The notes under the pieces were generated by a model. It made no database searches. It worked only from the letters and a program-made list of their open reading frames with translations, and was not told where the DNA came from. A DNA stretch of 64,000 nucleotides from Inquilinaceae bacterium. Lineage in GTDB: Bacteria > Pseudomonadota > Alphaproteobacteria > DSM-16000 > Inquilinaceae. The DNA is taken from NCBI GenBank assembly GCA_965237625.1, contig CBDEGD010000006.1, forward strand, positions 52,341 to 116,340. The letters are read 5' to 3'. The position numbers were made by a program, and so were the translations under genes. Positions 8,416 through 17,589 of the stretch are shown here, one piece after another. The first letter of the stretch is position 1. Every line of letters begins with the position of its first letter.

Positions 8416-9959
8416 GGCGTGACAGCGTCCGATGCATTGTCGGCAAGCCGGGCGATGACGAAGCTGTTCAAATTGCCCAGCGCCTCCTCGGCTGCCAGGC
8501 GGGCCTCCGCAGAGCGCAGCCAGGCGGCGGCGGCGGCCGCCGCGTCGCCCTCGAGACTCTCCACCGCGACGACAGCGCCCGGAAGGTCGCCATTGATCAG
8601 GCGGCCTTCGGCGCGAGCCAGCACCGCGTCCAAATCGTCGCCATCGACCTCGCCGGGTACCGGTCGAACGGTCACCAAGCCTCTGACCCTGGCGACCGCC
8701 TGGGTCATCCAGTCGGCGTCGGCCGGCACAAGAACCGCCTCGCGAACCGCCTGCGCCATTGCGGGGAAGCCGGTCTTCAAGGCGTCGCGATCGGGAATGC
8801 CGGTGGCGGCGCGCGGCGCCAGGGCGGCGAGATCGTCAACCGTCTCGTCAATGCCGGCCGCCAGCGCCCGCAGGGCGGCCAATGGCTGGGCATAGGGCTG
8901 GCCCGTATCGACGGCGGTGCGCAGTTGGCCAATGGCCAGCACCAATGCCTGTGTCGCGCTGTCCGACGCGACCAGGCGGTCGATCCGGCGGCCATCGCGG
9001 CGCTGGGTGGCGGCGACGTCCGCAATCTGTGTCCCAACCGCTTCAGCCCGCTCTTCAAGCCCGGTCAAGGCCGCGCGGGCTTCGGTCAGCCCGATCCGCT
9101 GATTGCCCAGCGCGCCATCCAGCCGGGCGACATCGGCGGCAAGGGCATCGACCGCGCCGCCGATCGCTCCGACCCGGCTCGCCAGTTCCGGGGTGGCAAT
9201 CTGCTCGATCGCCGAAAGCCGCCGGTCCATGGCTCGAAGCTGCGCGATCAGCGCAGCGGTTCCGGCGGTCGAGTCGCTGTTCCCGGGCGCCGTTTCGGCG
9301 CGGCGTTCCAATGCGACCAACCGTTCCTCCAGCGAGTCCAGCCGCGCGGTGTCGATGCCGGCGGCCGTTCCTGCCGCCAGGGGCAGCCCGGCCATCCGGT
9401 ATAGCGGACCGGTCCAGAGCGGCGCCGTCGCCACCAGGGCCAGGGCCATCAATGCCAACACCAATGCCGCCCAGGCCAGGGCCGGTTGCCGCCGGGGCGA
9501 TGGTTTGATCGCCGGCTGAGGCGCCTTGCCCGCCGGTTCTCGTGGCGGCGGGGCCTTGGATGCCGATGGTGCCGTCGATGGGGGCGCCGACGGGGGCGCC
9601 GACGGGGGCGCCGATGGGGATGTTGATTGGGACGCCGACGGAGTTGCCGGCCGAATTGGCTTCGCCGGCTCGGACTGTCTCCTGCTCGGCGTATCCGGAA
9701 CGTCCGTCGGCGCCGAGGCGGCCAAAGTCGCGTCTTCGAGCGTAATACCATGCTCGCGGGCGGCGGCGCGGACCGCGTCATGGCGCTGGGTCGGGATGGC
9801 GCCGCGCTTCTTCCAGCCCTGAACCGTCGTCACGGGCATGCCGAGTTTGTGCGCCATGGGTCGGATGCCACCGAACGCGGCAACGACCCTGTCCGCCGCC
9901 GAGAGCTGATCGCCCACTGGCGCCGGGGTATCCTGTGGTGGCTCTTGATCGGAAGTCAT
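8412..9959 (-). CDS. alphaMIC60 / HemX-like (mitofilin-domain) membrane protein with an N-terminal Cro/YdaS-like HTH-like segment and a Pro-rich linker
   Basis: It occupies the position between hemD and hemY that the alphaproteobacterial Mic60 homologue usually holds. There is one TM (LAWAALVLALMALALVATAP), a long coiled-coil region and a C-terminal conserved domain. The N-terminal segment is FGGIRPMAHKLGMPVTTVQGWKKRGAIPTQRHDAV. Confidence 0.65.
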   Translation of the reverse strand: MTSDQEPPQDTPAPVGDQLSAADRVVAAFGGIRPMAHKLGMPVTTVQGWKKRGAIPTQRHDAVRAAAREHGITLEDATLAASAPTDVPDTPSRRQSEPAKPIRPATPSASQSTSPSAPPSAPPSAPPSTAPSASKAPPPREPAGKAPQPAIKPSPRRQPALAWAALVLALMALALVATAPLWTGPLYRMAGLPLAAGTAAGIDTARLDSLEERLVALERRAETAPGNSDSTAGTAALIAQLRAMDRRLSAIEQIATPELASRVGAIGGAVDALAADVARLDGALGNQRIGLTEARAALTGLEERAEAVGTQIADVAATQRRDGRRIDRLVASDSATQALVLAIGQLRTAVDTGQPYAQPLAALRALAAGIDETVDDLAALAPRAATGIPDRDALKTGFPAMAQAVREAVLVPADADWMTQAVARVRGLVTVRPVPGEVDGDDLDAVLARAEGRLINGDLPGAVVAVESLEGDAAAAAAAWLRSAEARLAAEEALGNLNSFVIARLADNASDAVTP

Positions 9960-10699
9960 GTCTGGGTGTGATGTCCTGCGGTCGGCGCGTCAACGGTGTC
10001 GAGGAGGGCGAGCAGTGCAGGCAATTCCGGCCGCGCCGCGATTCTCACCGCTCCCCAGACCCCATCGCCAAGCCGTTCCGCAACGGGTTTGCTGAGACAG
10101 AGCGCAGCCAGCCCGCGCAGCCTTGATTCTAGCCCGGCTCCGGCGACGAGCCTAGCAAACACGTCGGCGGTGCGGGGAGAGAAAAACAGCCCCCCCGCCA
10201 CTTTGCGCTCTTGCAAAGCGGCGATGGCGTTCTCCGGCAATCGGTCGACAGGGCGCGCCTCGTATAAGACCGCCCGCCGCACGGTGAAGCCGGCCTCCGC
10301 CAGCGAACCGCCCAAGCCGCCTGCGACATGGCTGCCCGCGATATGCATTAGCGGCCCATCATCCGGCGCGAGCCTGGAGCGCGCCAGTTCGGCAAGCGCG
10401 GCCGAATCGCCATCGGCACTCTCGACCCTGGCGAATCCGGCTGAAGCAGCAGCCTCCGCCGTCGAGCGGCCAACCGCGAAAGTGCGCAGATCGCGGCGCT
10501 CATGGGCGGCGGCAAAGGCGCGCACTCCGTTCTGGCTGGTAAACAGCACGGCCTGGACGCCATCGAGATCGAGCGATGGGGAGGTCTCAATAACCACGTC
10601 CATCACCGGCGCGATCACCGCCTCATGACCGCGTTCACGAAGCGCCATTTCCACCGCTTGCGAATCCTGCAGCGGGCGGGTGAGCAGCCAACGGCTCAT
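9956..10699 (-). CDS. hemD: Uroporphyrinogen-III synthase
   Basis: ORF 9956..11185, trimmed to MSRWLLTRPL (cat at 10697-10699). The HemD pattern is present (LLTRP...VLFTSQNGVRAF...FFSPRTA), the gene lies directly downstream of hemC, and its stop overlaps the next start (ATGA). Confidence 0.8.
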   Translation of the reverse strand: MSRWLLTRPLQDSQAVEMALRERGHEAVIAPVMDVVIETSPSLDLDGVQAVLFTSQNGVRAFAAAHERRDLRTFAVGRSTAEAAASAGFARVESADGDSAALAELARSRLAPDDGPLMHIAGSHVAGGLGGSLAEAGFTVRRAVLYEARPVDRLPENAIAALQERKVAGGLFFSPRTADVFARLVAGAGLESRLRGLAALCLSKPVAERLGDGVWGAVRIAARPELPALLALLDTVDAPTAGHHTQT

Positions 10700-10715
10700 C
10701 GGATGGCGGCTCCGC

Positions 10716-11645
10716 TCACCACGAGAGCATTTCCGCCCCGGCGCGGGATTTGAGCTCGGCGCCGGCATCCTGGCCAATGGCCTGTGCATCGGCGCGGACA
10801 CCGGTTCGTCTAGTCCGCAGAACCTCGGTTCCGTCGGGCCGAGCGACCAGGGCCTCGAAGCCGAGCGCGCCTTTGTCATCGAGTGTGGCCAGCGCGGCGA
10901 TCGGGGTGCGGCAGGAGCCGTCCAGCACGGCCAGGAGTGCCCGTTCGGCGGCAACGCGATCGCCGGTGTCGCTGCAATGGAGGGGCGCCAGGGCATCCAG
11001 CGCGGCTGCGTCCTGGGTTCGACAGGAGATGCCGATGGCCCCCTGGGCCACCGCCGGCAGCATCTGGTCGGCGGGCAGCAGGGCGGTGATGCGGTCAGCC
11101 ATGCCCAGGCGGCGCAGGCCGGCGGCGGCCAGGATGGTCGCGTCGACCTGGCCCTCGGCCAGCTTGCGCAGCCTTGTGTCCACATTGCCGCGCATGGGGA
11201 CGACCTTCAGATCGGGGCGTCGGGCCAGGATCTGTGCCTGGCGCCGCAGAGCGGCGGTGCCCAGAACCGCGCCATGCGGCAAATCGTCCAGGCTGGCGGC
11301 GCCATTGGCGAACAGGGCATCGCGCGGATCCTCTCTCGGCAACATGCACGGAAAGCAAATTCCCTCCGGCAGCCAGGTCGGCACATCCTTCATGGAGTGC
11401 ACCGCCAAATCGATGGCGCCGGACAGCAGCGCCTCGTCGATCTCCTTTGTGAACAGGCCCTTGCCGCCGATCTCCGACAGCGGGCGATCCTGGATCGCAT
11501 CGCCGGTCGTCCTGATAACGACGGTGTCGATGGCGCCCGGCTCGGCAAGATCTGCGTGGGCGGCGGCCAGGCGCTCCGCGAGTTCACGCGCCTGGGCCAG
11601 CGCCAGGGGGCTTCCGCGTGTTCCAATCTTCAATCGGGCTGTCAT
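10716..11645 (-). CDS. hemC: Porphobilinogen deaminase (hydroxymethylbilane synthase)
   Basis: ORF 10716..11825, trimmed to MTARLKIGTRGSPLALAQA. Hallmark motifs are IGTRGSxLAL, GGKGLFTKEID, HSMKDVP, RGNVDTRL and the dipyrromethane Cys in LDGSCRTPIAA. Confidence 0.92.
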   Translation of the reverse strand: MTARLKIGTRGSPLALAQARELAERLAAAHADLAEPGAIDTVVIRTTGDAIQDRPLSEIGGKGLFTKEIDEALLSGAIDLAVHSMKDVPTWLPEGICFPCMLPREDPRDALFANGAASLDDLPHGAVLGTAALRRQAQILARRPDLKVVPMRGNVDTRLRKLAEGQVDATILAAAGLRRLGMADRITALLPADQMLPAVAQGAIGISCRTQDAAALDALAPLHCSDTGDRVAAERALLAVLDGSCRTPIAALATLDDKGALGFEALVARPDGTEVLRTRRTGVRADAQAIGQDAGAELKSRAGAEMLSW

Positions 11646-11808
11646 GGGCGCTGGTGTAGCCCGTATTGCCCACCTTGGCCATGATCGGAAAGCGGGCAAA
11701 GATGAGAAAACGCTCCGTGCGCATCGGTCCGTTGCCCGGGCCGGTCGGCGACTGCTATGAAACGGGACCTCCCATGTTCTGGTTTGATCCCATGGACTGG
11801 TTTTACCG

Positions 11809-12867
11809 GTGATCGTGCTGGGCATCGAAACGTCCTGCGACGAAACCGCGGCGGCGGTGGTCGCCGATGACCGCCGTATTTTGTCGAACGTCGTGCTGTC
11901 GCAACTCGACGACCACCGGCCTTATGGCGGCGTGGTCCCGGAGATCGCTGCTCGCGCCCATCTTGCCCATCTCGGCGGCTTGGTCCGGCGGGCGCTTGAC
12001 GAGGCGGGGACGGATTTTCGATCGCTGGACGGGGTGGCGGCGACCGGCGGGCCGGGTCTGATCGGCGGTGTCATGGTCGGCGTGATGACGGCCAAGGCGA
12101 TTGCGGCCGTCCACGATCTGCCGTTCCTGGCGGTCAATCATTTGGAGGGGCACGCGCTCACCGCCAGGCTGACCGACGATTTGGCCTTTCCGTTCCTGCT
12201 TTTGCTGGTATCCGGTGGGCATTGCCAACTGCTCGTCGTGGAGGGCGTGGGCGACTATCGGCGGCTGGGGACGACCATCGACGATGCGGTCGGCGAGGCG
12301 TTCGACAAGGCCGCCAAACTGCTCGGGCTGGGTTACCCGGGCGGGCCGGAGATCGAGCGGGCGGCGCGGAACGGCGATGCGGGACGTTTTGCCCTGCCGC
12401 GCCCGATGGTCGGCCGGCCCGGTTGCGACTTCTCGTTCTCAGGGCTGAAGACGGCGCTCCGGCGGCAGGCCGATGCCTTGCCGCCCGGGGCGATCAGCCG
12501 CCGTGACGTGGACGACCTCGCCGCGGAATTTCAAGCCGCTGTTGGCGACTGCCTGATCGATCGCACGCGCAATGCGATCGCCCTGTTTCGGAAGGGTTGC
12601 CCGGATGGCGGCGCTCTGGTGGTGGCCGGCGGCGTTGCCGCCAACCGCACGCTGTGCGGCCAGCTGGCAAATTTGGCCGCCGATTCCGGGCTGCCCTTTG
12701 TGGCGCCGCCGGCGGCACTGTGTACCGATAACGCCGCGATGATCGCCTGGGCCGGGCTTGAGCGGCTCCGGCTTGGGCAGGTCGATGGTCTCGATTTTGC
12801 GCCGCGCCCGCGTTGGCCTTTGGACCGGAACGCGGCGCCGGCGATCGGTGCTGGGGTAAAGGCATGA
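11809..12867 (+). CDS. tsaD: tRNA N6-adenosine threonylcarbamoyltransferase
   Basis: GTG start. Kae1/Gcp motifs are present: [30 protein letters not shown] and GYPGGPEIE. Confidence 0.92.
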   Translation: MIVLGIETSCDETAAAVVADDRRILSNVVLSQLDDHRPYGGVVPEIAARAHLAHLGGLVRRALDEAGTDFRSLDGVAATGGPGLIGGVMVGVMTAKAIAAVHDLPFLAVNHLEGHALTARLTDDLAFPFLLLLVSGGHCQLLVVEGVGDYRRLGTTIDDAVGEAFDKAAKLLGLGYPGGPEIERAARNGDAGRFALPRPMVGRPGCDFSFSGLKTALRRQADALPPGAISRRDVDDLAAEFQAAVGDCLIDRTRNAIALFRKGCPDGGALVVAGGVAANRTLCGQLANLAADSGLPFVAPPAALCTDNAAMIAWAGLERLRLGQVDGLDFAPRPRWPLDRNAAPAIGAGVKA

Positions 12868-13856
12868 GTTCCTTTGAAAAATTCGCGGTGATCGGCGGCG
12901 GTGCCTGGGGCACGGCTCTGGCCCAGGCAGCGCGGCGGGCCGGCAGGGACACGGTGTTGTGGGCCCGCAATCCCGAAGTCGTCGGCGCGATCCGTGATCG
13001 CCGCGAGAACCCGCTCTATCTTCCCGGAATTGCTCTGGATTCGGAATTGGTCGCCACGGATGATCTGGATCTGGCCCGGGAGTCGGATGCGCTGTTGCTG
13101 GTGACGCCAGCCCAGCATATTCGGGAGATTTGCCGGCGTTTGGCGAATATCGACCGCCCGCTGGTGGTTTGTGCAAAGGGTTTCGAGACGACGACCGGCG
13201 CCTTGATGTCGGAAATCGTTGCCGCCGAGTGTCCAAAAGCCCCCATTGCCATCCTGTCCGGGCCCAGCTTTGCCGCGGAAGTCGCCCGCGGGCAACCGAC
13301 AGCGGTGACCCTTGCCTGTGCCGACGAAACGCTCGGAGAAAATTTGGTGCAGGCCCTCGGCAGCCAAACGTTCCGGCCCTATTGGAGCGGCGATGTGCTG
13401 GGGGCCCAGATTGGCGGCGCGGTGAAGAATGTGCTGGCAATCGCCGCCGGCATTGTTATGGGCCGGGCACTCGGGGAAAACGCCCGGGCGGCGCTGGTCA
13501 CACGTGGGCTGGCGGAGTTGATGCGGCTCGGTGCCGCCATGGGCGCTCGACCGGAAACGCTGATGGGTCTGTCCGGGCTTGGCGATTTGATGCTGACCTG
13601 CAACAGCCTGGAATCGCGGAACAGCTCGCTGGGGTTCGCGCTCGGGCAGGGTCAGAGCCTCGATGAGATTCTCGCCGGCCGGCGCAGCGTCAGCGAAGGG
13701 GTCCATACCGCGGCGGCGGTCGTCCGGCTGGCCGCCGATCACGGGGTCGAGGCGCCGATCGCCGTAGCGGTGGATGCGGTGCTCACCGGCGCCGCCGGCA
13801 TCGATGAGTCCGTCCTGGCGCTGCTGGCTCGGCCCTTCAAGGCGGAGCACGTATAG
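12864..13856 (+). CDS. gpsA: NAD(P)H-dependent glycerol-3-phosphate dehydrogenase
   Basis: ORF 12813..13856, trimmed to [20 protein letters not shown] (Rossmann fold) whose ATG overlaps the tsaD stop. Motifs include [17 protein letters not shown] and GLGDLMLTC. Confidence 0.92.
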   Translation: MSSFEKFAVIGGGAWGTALAQAARRAGRDTVLWARNPEVVGAIRDRRENPLYLPGIALDSELVATDDLDLARESDALLLVTPAQHIREICRRLANIDRPLVVCAKGFETTTGALMSEIVAAECPKAPIAILSGPSFAAEVARGQPTAVTLACADETLGENLVQALGSQTFRPYWSGDVLGAQIGGAVKNVLAIAAGIVMGRALGENARAALVTRGLAELMRLGAAMGARPETLMGLSGLGDLMLTCNSLESRNSSLGFALGQGQSLDEILAGRRSVSEGVHTAAAVVRLAADHGVEAPIAVAVDAVLTGAAGIDESVLALLARPFKAEHV

Positions 13857-13868
13857 CGGACACGAAAA

Positions 13869-13897
13869 AGGCCGCCGGGAACGGATCCAGGCGGCCT
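13869..13897. terminator. Possible bidirectional hairpin terminator between convergent gpsA and the SBP gene
   Basis: The stem aggccgcc pairs with ggcggcct across a 13-nt loop, flanked by aaaa upstream and ctt downstream. The T-tract is weak. Confidence 0.35.
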
Positions 13898-13919
13898 CTT
13901 CAGTTGCCCGTCGATGGGG

Positions 13920-15131
13920 TCAGTTGGTCGGAACCAGCGACTTCCCGTCGATCCGAACCGGGCGGCCCTCGTAGTCGTAGACCGTGCTGGCGCTTTCCAG
14001 GAAGCTGAACGGAACATTCAGGCCGATCGCCCGGGCCTTGCGGAAGTTGATGGCGATATCCGGCGGCGACACCACGCCGACTGCCAGATTTCCGACCTGG
14101 ACCCCGCCGCTCAACACATCGGCGCCATAAATCGCGGCGATATGCGCGTTGCTCTGGAAGCTCACGCCGATCGACAGCACAGCGCTGTCGTCCCCGGCCG
14201 CCACAACCTCAGGCACGACACTGACCACTGGGACCCGATCGGCGTTTGCGTTGATGGTCCGGATTTCTCGGAAGACGGCCGTGCTGCCGGTGACCCAGAA
14301 CACGCTGTTGTCCAAGGTCGGATCGTTGCGGCGCATGTCATCGACCGTGTCGCCGACCAACCCGGCCAATTCCTCTCGGGCGTTCTGCGGGTTGCGCACG
14401 GCGACGTCGAACACCTGGATGCCGCGACGTCGGGCATAGCGGGCGATCGGGTCGGCCTGGGTCTGCATGGCGCTGATGTTCTGGCTGTCGACCATGATCG
14501 CCAGATTCCGCAGGTTCGGCTTCAACTCCAGCAGATACTGCATCTGCACTTCGATCGGCGTATTGAGCGATGTGAACGCAAAATTGGTGCCGGTGCCCGA
14601 TTCGTAATCATCGGCCTGGCCGAGCAGAACCGGATCCTTTGAGCAGACCGAGATCACCGGAAGGGCGCCGTCGCGATAGTTTCCCCAGAGCCAAGCCGTC
14701 GATTCCGAACCCATGGAATAGATCAGATCGAAGTCGCCGCTCTCGGCCAGGCCAAGCGCTTCGAAGCCGCGATCGTCGGTCTTGGCGAAGTTGTACACCG
14801 TGATCTCGACATCGATATCCTTCTCGGCAAAGACGTCCAGCATCTTGGTAATGGCAACGTCATATGCGGAGGATGGGCGCGGATAGATCACCATGACCCT
14901 CTGCGGGCTGGCGCTTACCGGACTCTTACGCTGGATCCTGACAATCCAGGGTGTTTCCGGCGTTTCGATGAAGTTCCATTCAAGCATGGCTTCGTCGTCA
15001 TAGCCGAACCAATCCGCATAGTTCGGTAGCGAATCCGCCCAGGCTGATTCGGGCAGACTTCCAACGACCAAAGGCGCCGAGAGCAGCGCAAGGGTGCCCC
15101 TGCGTGTCAGATACGGTCCACGAAAGTCCAT
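13920..15131 (-). CDS. Periplasmic ABC-type substrate-binding protein (COG2984/ABC_sub_bind-like), orphan with no permease or ATPase nearby
   Basis: 403 aa with a signal-like N-terminus (RRGTLALLSAPLVVGSL). The core resembles ABC_sub_bind proteins (VMVIYPRPSSAYDVAI..., IYSMGSESTAWL, FAFTSLNTPIEVQMQ, FWVTGSTAV). It is the last gene of a 3-gene minus-strand operon. Confidence 0.65.
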   Translation of the reverse strand: MDFRGPYLTRRGTLALLSAPLVVGSLPESAWADSLPNYADWFGYDDEAMLEWNFIETPETPWIVRIQRKSPVSASPQRVMVIYPRPSSAYDVAITKMLDVFAEKDIDVEITVYNFAKTDDRGFEALGLAESGDFDLIYSMGSESTAWLWGNYRDGALPVISVCSKDPVLLGQADDYESGTGTNFAFTSLNTPIEVQMQYLLELKPNLRNLAIMVDSQNISAMQTQADPIARYARRRGIQVFDVAVRNPQNAREELAGLVGDTVDDMRRNDPTLDNSVFWVTGSTAVFREIRTINANADRVPVVSVVPEVVAAGDDSAVLSIGVSFQSNAHIAAIYGADVLSGGVQVGNLAVGVVSPPDIAINFRKARAIGLNVPFSFLESASTVYDYEGRPVRIDGKSLVPTN

Positions 15132-15144
15132 GGTATTTCCCTTT

Positions 15145-17580
15145 CTAGGCAGTGCGGGCCCATTGCTGGGTGGATCGCGAGAGGAACAGGATGCCCAACA
15201 GGGCGATCACCACGCCGATCCACATCAGGTTCAGGGCGCTTTGCCCCCAATACAGGAACATCTGGCCGACGATCATCGGGCCGGCGACGTGGCCGATGCG
15301 CTCCAGAAATCGATAGGTCGCGGTGACCGAGGACTGGCCGATCTTGGCAGCCATCTCGGAATCCGCCACATGGGTGACGACCGGCGCGTTGATGAACCCA
15401 TGGGCGATGCCGACGGTGGCAACGCCGATGATCAACACCACGGTGACCAACAGGCCGCCATCGGCGCCGCCGCGCAGCCCCTCCCAGTCGATCAGGCCGA
15501 TGGTCATCAAGCCGAGGCCGCTGATAACCGCGCCCCAGAACAGGATGGTGTCGGTCTTGCCGGTTCGGTCGACGAGACGGGATACCCAACTGCTGGCCAG
15601 GACGACGCCGGCGGCATAGACCATGATGATCTGGCCGATGTCTTCCTGGGCGTAATGCCGTTGCGCCAACAGCAGCGGCAGGGCGAATATGATGATGCCG
15701 GTCAGCACCGCCTTCGCCGGAATGCCGATGAAAAACATGGTCTGCAGGAATTGCGTGCTGCGCAGCACCTGTCCAACGTCGCGCCCAAGCCGCCGGACGG
15801 TACCGCCGATGCCCATCCCAGCCTTACGCTGAGGCATCGTCGACGGCAGGACGCTGATGGCATAGACGGCCATGCCGGTGGCGATCAACCCGCCAAGCGT
15901 GAACACGCCTTGTGCGCCCATATAGGTGACCAGAAGAGATCCGATGGCCATGCCCGAGATCATTCCGCCCTGGAATCCGAAGACGATGATTGCCGCGCCC
16001 CGCGTCTTGCCGCCCGGAGAGGCGATGGCGAGGATGTAGGACTGAACGCCGATGAACAGCATTCCCTGGCCGATGCCTGAGGTCGCCCGTGCGGCGGTGA
16101 CCACGTAAAAATCGGTGGGCAGCGCCATCGCGAATACGCCGACCGCGGCCAGCATCAGACCGCCATACATCAACGGCCGGGCGCTCCAATTCTGGGCGTA
16201 GTGACCGGCCGGAATCAGGGCCAGCGCGAAGCACAGGTAATATGCGGTGAAAGGCGCCGATGCGTATCCTGACGACAGTCCGGAATTGGCCACGACCTGA
16301 TGCATGAATTGCGGCAGGAACGCGTAGTTCAGATGCTCCAGGAAAACCGCGACGAAGAACACCGGCTTGACCAGATCCAACAGTGCAATATCCCGCGGTG
16401 AGCCGCCCGCCGGGCTTTCGCCGGACTCCTCCGGATCTTCGGATTCATCGCTTCGGGCATTTGCCGTCTGCGACTGCACCGAGCCGGCCAGTTGCAGGAA
16501 CAGACCAGCCAGAAAACCCGACGCGACAAAGAGCGCGGCGAAGTTCTTCACACTGCGCAAGACCCGGTTGGTGACGATATTGGCGGGCAGCGCCACCACC
16601 ACTTTGACATTGCGCCCCAGTTCGGGCCGCGAAAGGTCGACCTCATATTCATAGTTCGCCGAATCGCTGACCCATGACCGACCGACCGCGTCGCTATCGG
16701 TGTGGGCGTGGACCTTCCCATTGACGACCAGGCCGGCGGCGGCAATGTCTGTATACAGGCGGCGATAGTCGTCAAAGATGGCGTCCAGCCCATCGATCTG
16801 CTCGATGTTGACGTTGATCATCATGATGATCGACAGCCGTTGGCCCAGCGATTCAGCCAGGGCCTGAGCCCGGGTGGTCGCACCATCCTTATAGAGATTG
16901 ACCAAAGTCGCGATCACCAGGATGGCCATGCCCAGGAAGGTCAGCGCATAGACGATCTGAAGCCAGGGTGCCCGGCCGCGGCCTGCTGGCTGCTCGGCCA
17001 TGATGACGTACATCGCGAAGGCGGCTGAGAGGCCTGCTGCCACAAGCAGCAGCGGCTTAAAGGCGGATTCGACTGTCTCCGTCACGATCGAGGTAGGCAT
17101 CGTCACGGCAAGGCTGCCGACGATTTCGAACCTGTTTCGCAGCGGCAGCACGACTTGGTGATACTGCTTGGTCATACGCAGTTCGAAGGCGTTGCTTCCG
17201 GGCGCCTCGGCAATCGGAAGCAGCGGGATGCTGTCATCGCCGGCCGCGAAGACCGCCCGTTCGGAGCGGTCGAAGACCGTCATCGCGGCGATCGTGTTGT
17301 CAGAGGCGAGGATCGGTCCCGCCAATGTCGTGAAGCCGGGGAACTGGCGCAGAGGCAAGCCGTGGCGCAGGAACGATTCCACGGCGTTCTGGGCGATCTT
17401 GCCCTGCGCTTCAAGCTTCTCCAGCTGGAATTGCTGATAGGTGCGCTTCGCCTCGCTGAAGCCGACATAGATCAGCAGCAACAACGACAGCCCCAAAACC
17501 AGGAACATCATCGTCGCATCGATCAAGCGCCGTTTGCTCGATTTTGCCGATCGCATCGTGTTCGCGTTCCTTTCGACCAA
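15145..17580 (-). CDS. MFS transporter with a roughly 380-aa N-terminal extension (4 extra TM helices bounding two extracytoplasmic loops)
   Basis: 811 aa. The C-terminal roughly 430 aa form a 12-TM MFS core (GIGQGMLFIGVQSY, PGGKTRGAAIIVFGFQGG). The N-terminal part has TM helices at about aa 24-42, 175-195, 206-228 and 348-368. An acidic linker (SDESEDPEESGES) precedes the MFS core. Confidence 0.75.
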   Translation of the reverse strand: MVERNANTMRSAKSSKRRLIDATMMFLVLGLSLLLLIYVGFSEAKRTYQQFQLEKLEAQGKIAQNAVESFLRHGLPLRQFPGFTTLAGPILASDNTIAAMTVFDRSERAVFAAGDDSIPLLPIAEAPGSNAFELRMTKQYHQVVLPLRNRFEIVGSLAVTMPTSIVTETVESAFKPLLLVAAGLSAAFAMYVIMAEQPAGRGRAPWLQIVYALTFLGMAILVIATLVNLYKDGATTRAQALAESLGQRLSIIMMINVNIEQIDGLDAIFDDYRRLYTDIAAAGLVVNGKVHAHTDSDAVGRSWVSDSANYEYEVDLSRPELGRNVKVVVALPANIVTNRVLRSVKNFAALFVASGFLAGLFLQLAGSVQSQTANARSDESEDPEESGESPAGGSPRDIALLDLVKPVFFVAVFLEHLNYAFLPQFMHQVVANSGLSSGYASAPFTAYYLCFALALIPAGHYAQNWSARPLMYGGLMLAAVGVFAMALPTDFYVVTAARATSGIGQGMLFIGVQSYILAIASPGGKTRGAAIIVFGFQGGMISGMAIGSLLVTYMGAQGVFTLGGLIATGMAVYAISVLPSTMPQRKAGMGIGGTVRRLGRDVGQVLRSTQFLQTMFFIGIPAKAVLTGIIIFALPLLLAQRHYAQEDIGQIIMVYAAGVVLASSWVSRLVDRTGKTDTILFWGAVISGLGLMTIGLIDWEGLRGGADGGLLVTVVLIIGVATVGIAHGFINAPVVTHVADSEMAAKIGQSSVTATYRFLERIGHVAGPMIVGQMFLYWGQSALNLMWIGVVIALLGILFLSRSTQQWARTA

Positions 17581-17589
17581 CGTTCTGCG

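Noticed and set aside
9540-9640. Short tandem repeats here, at 26055-26140 and at 6743-6780, considered as possible CRISPR-like arrays
   Set aside because: The units are 12-42 bp, directly abutting with no spacers. Two of the three lie within coding sequence encoding low-complexity peptide repeats, and no cas genes are present.
10700-11185. N-terminal extension of the hemD ORF to 409 aa (ORF 9956..11185)
   Set aside because: The extension overlaps hemC in another frame and has a Pro/Arg/Trp-rich nonsense composition. Starting at MSRWLLTRPL gives a normal 247-aa HemD located 16 nt after the hemC stop.
12531-13850. 439-aa and 333-aa minus-strand ORFs overlapping gpsA and tsaD
   Set aside because: They are antisense to two genes with unambiguous family motifs, and their composition is low-complexity and Arg/Gly/Pro-rich.
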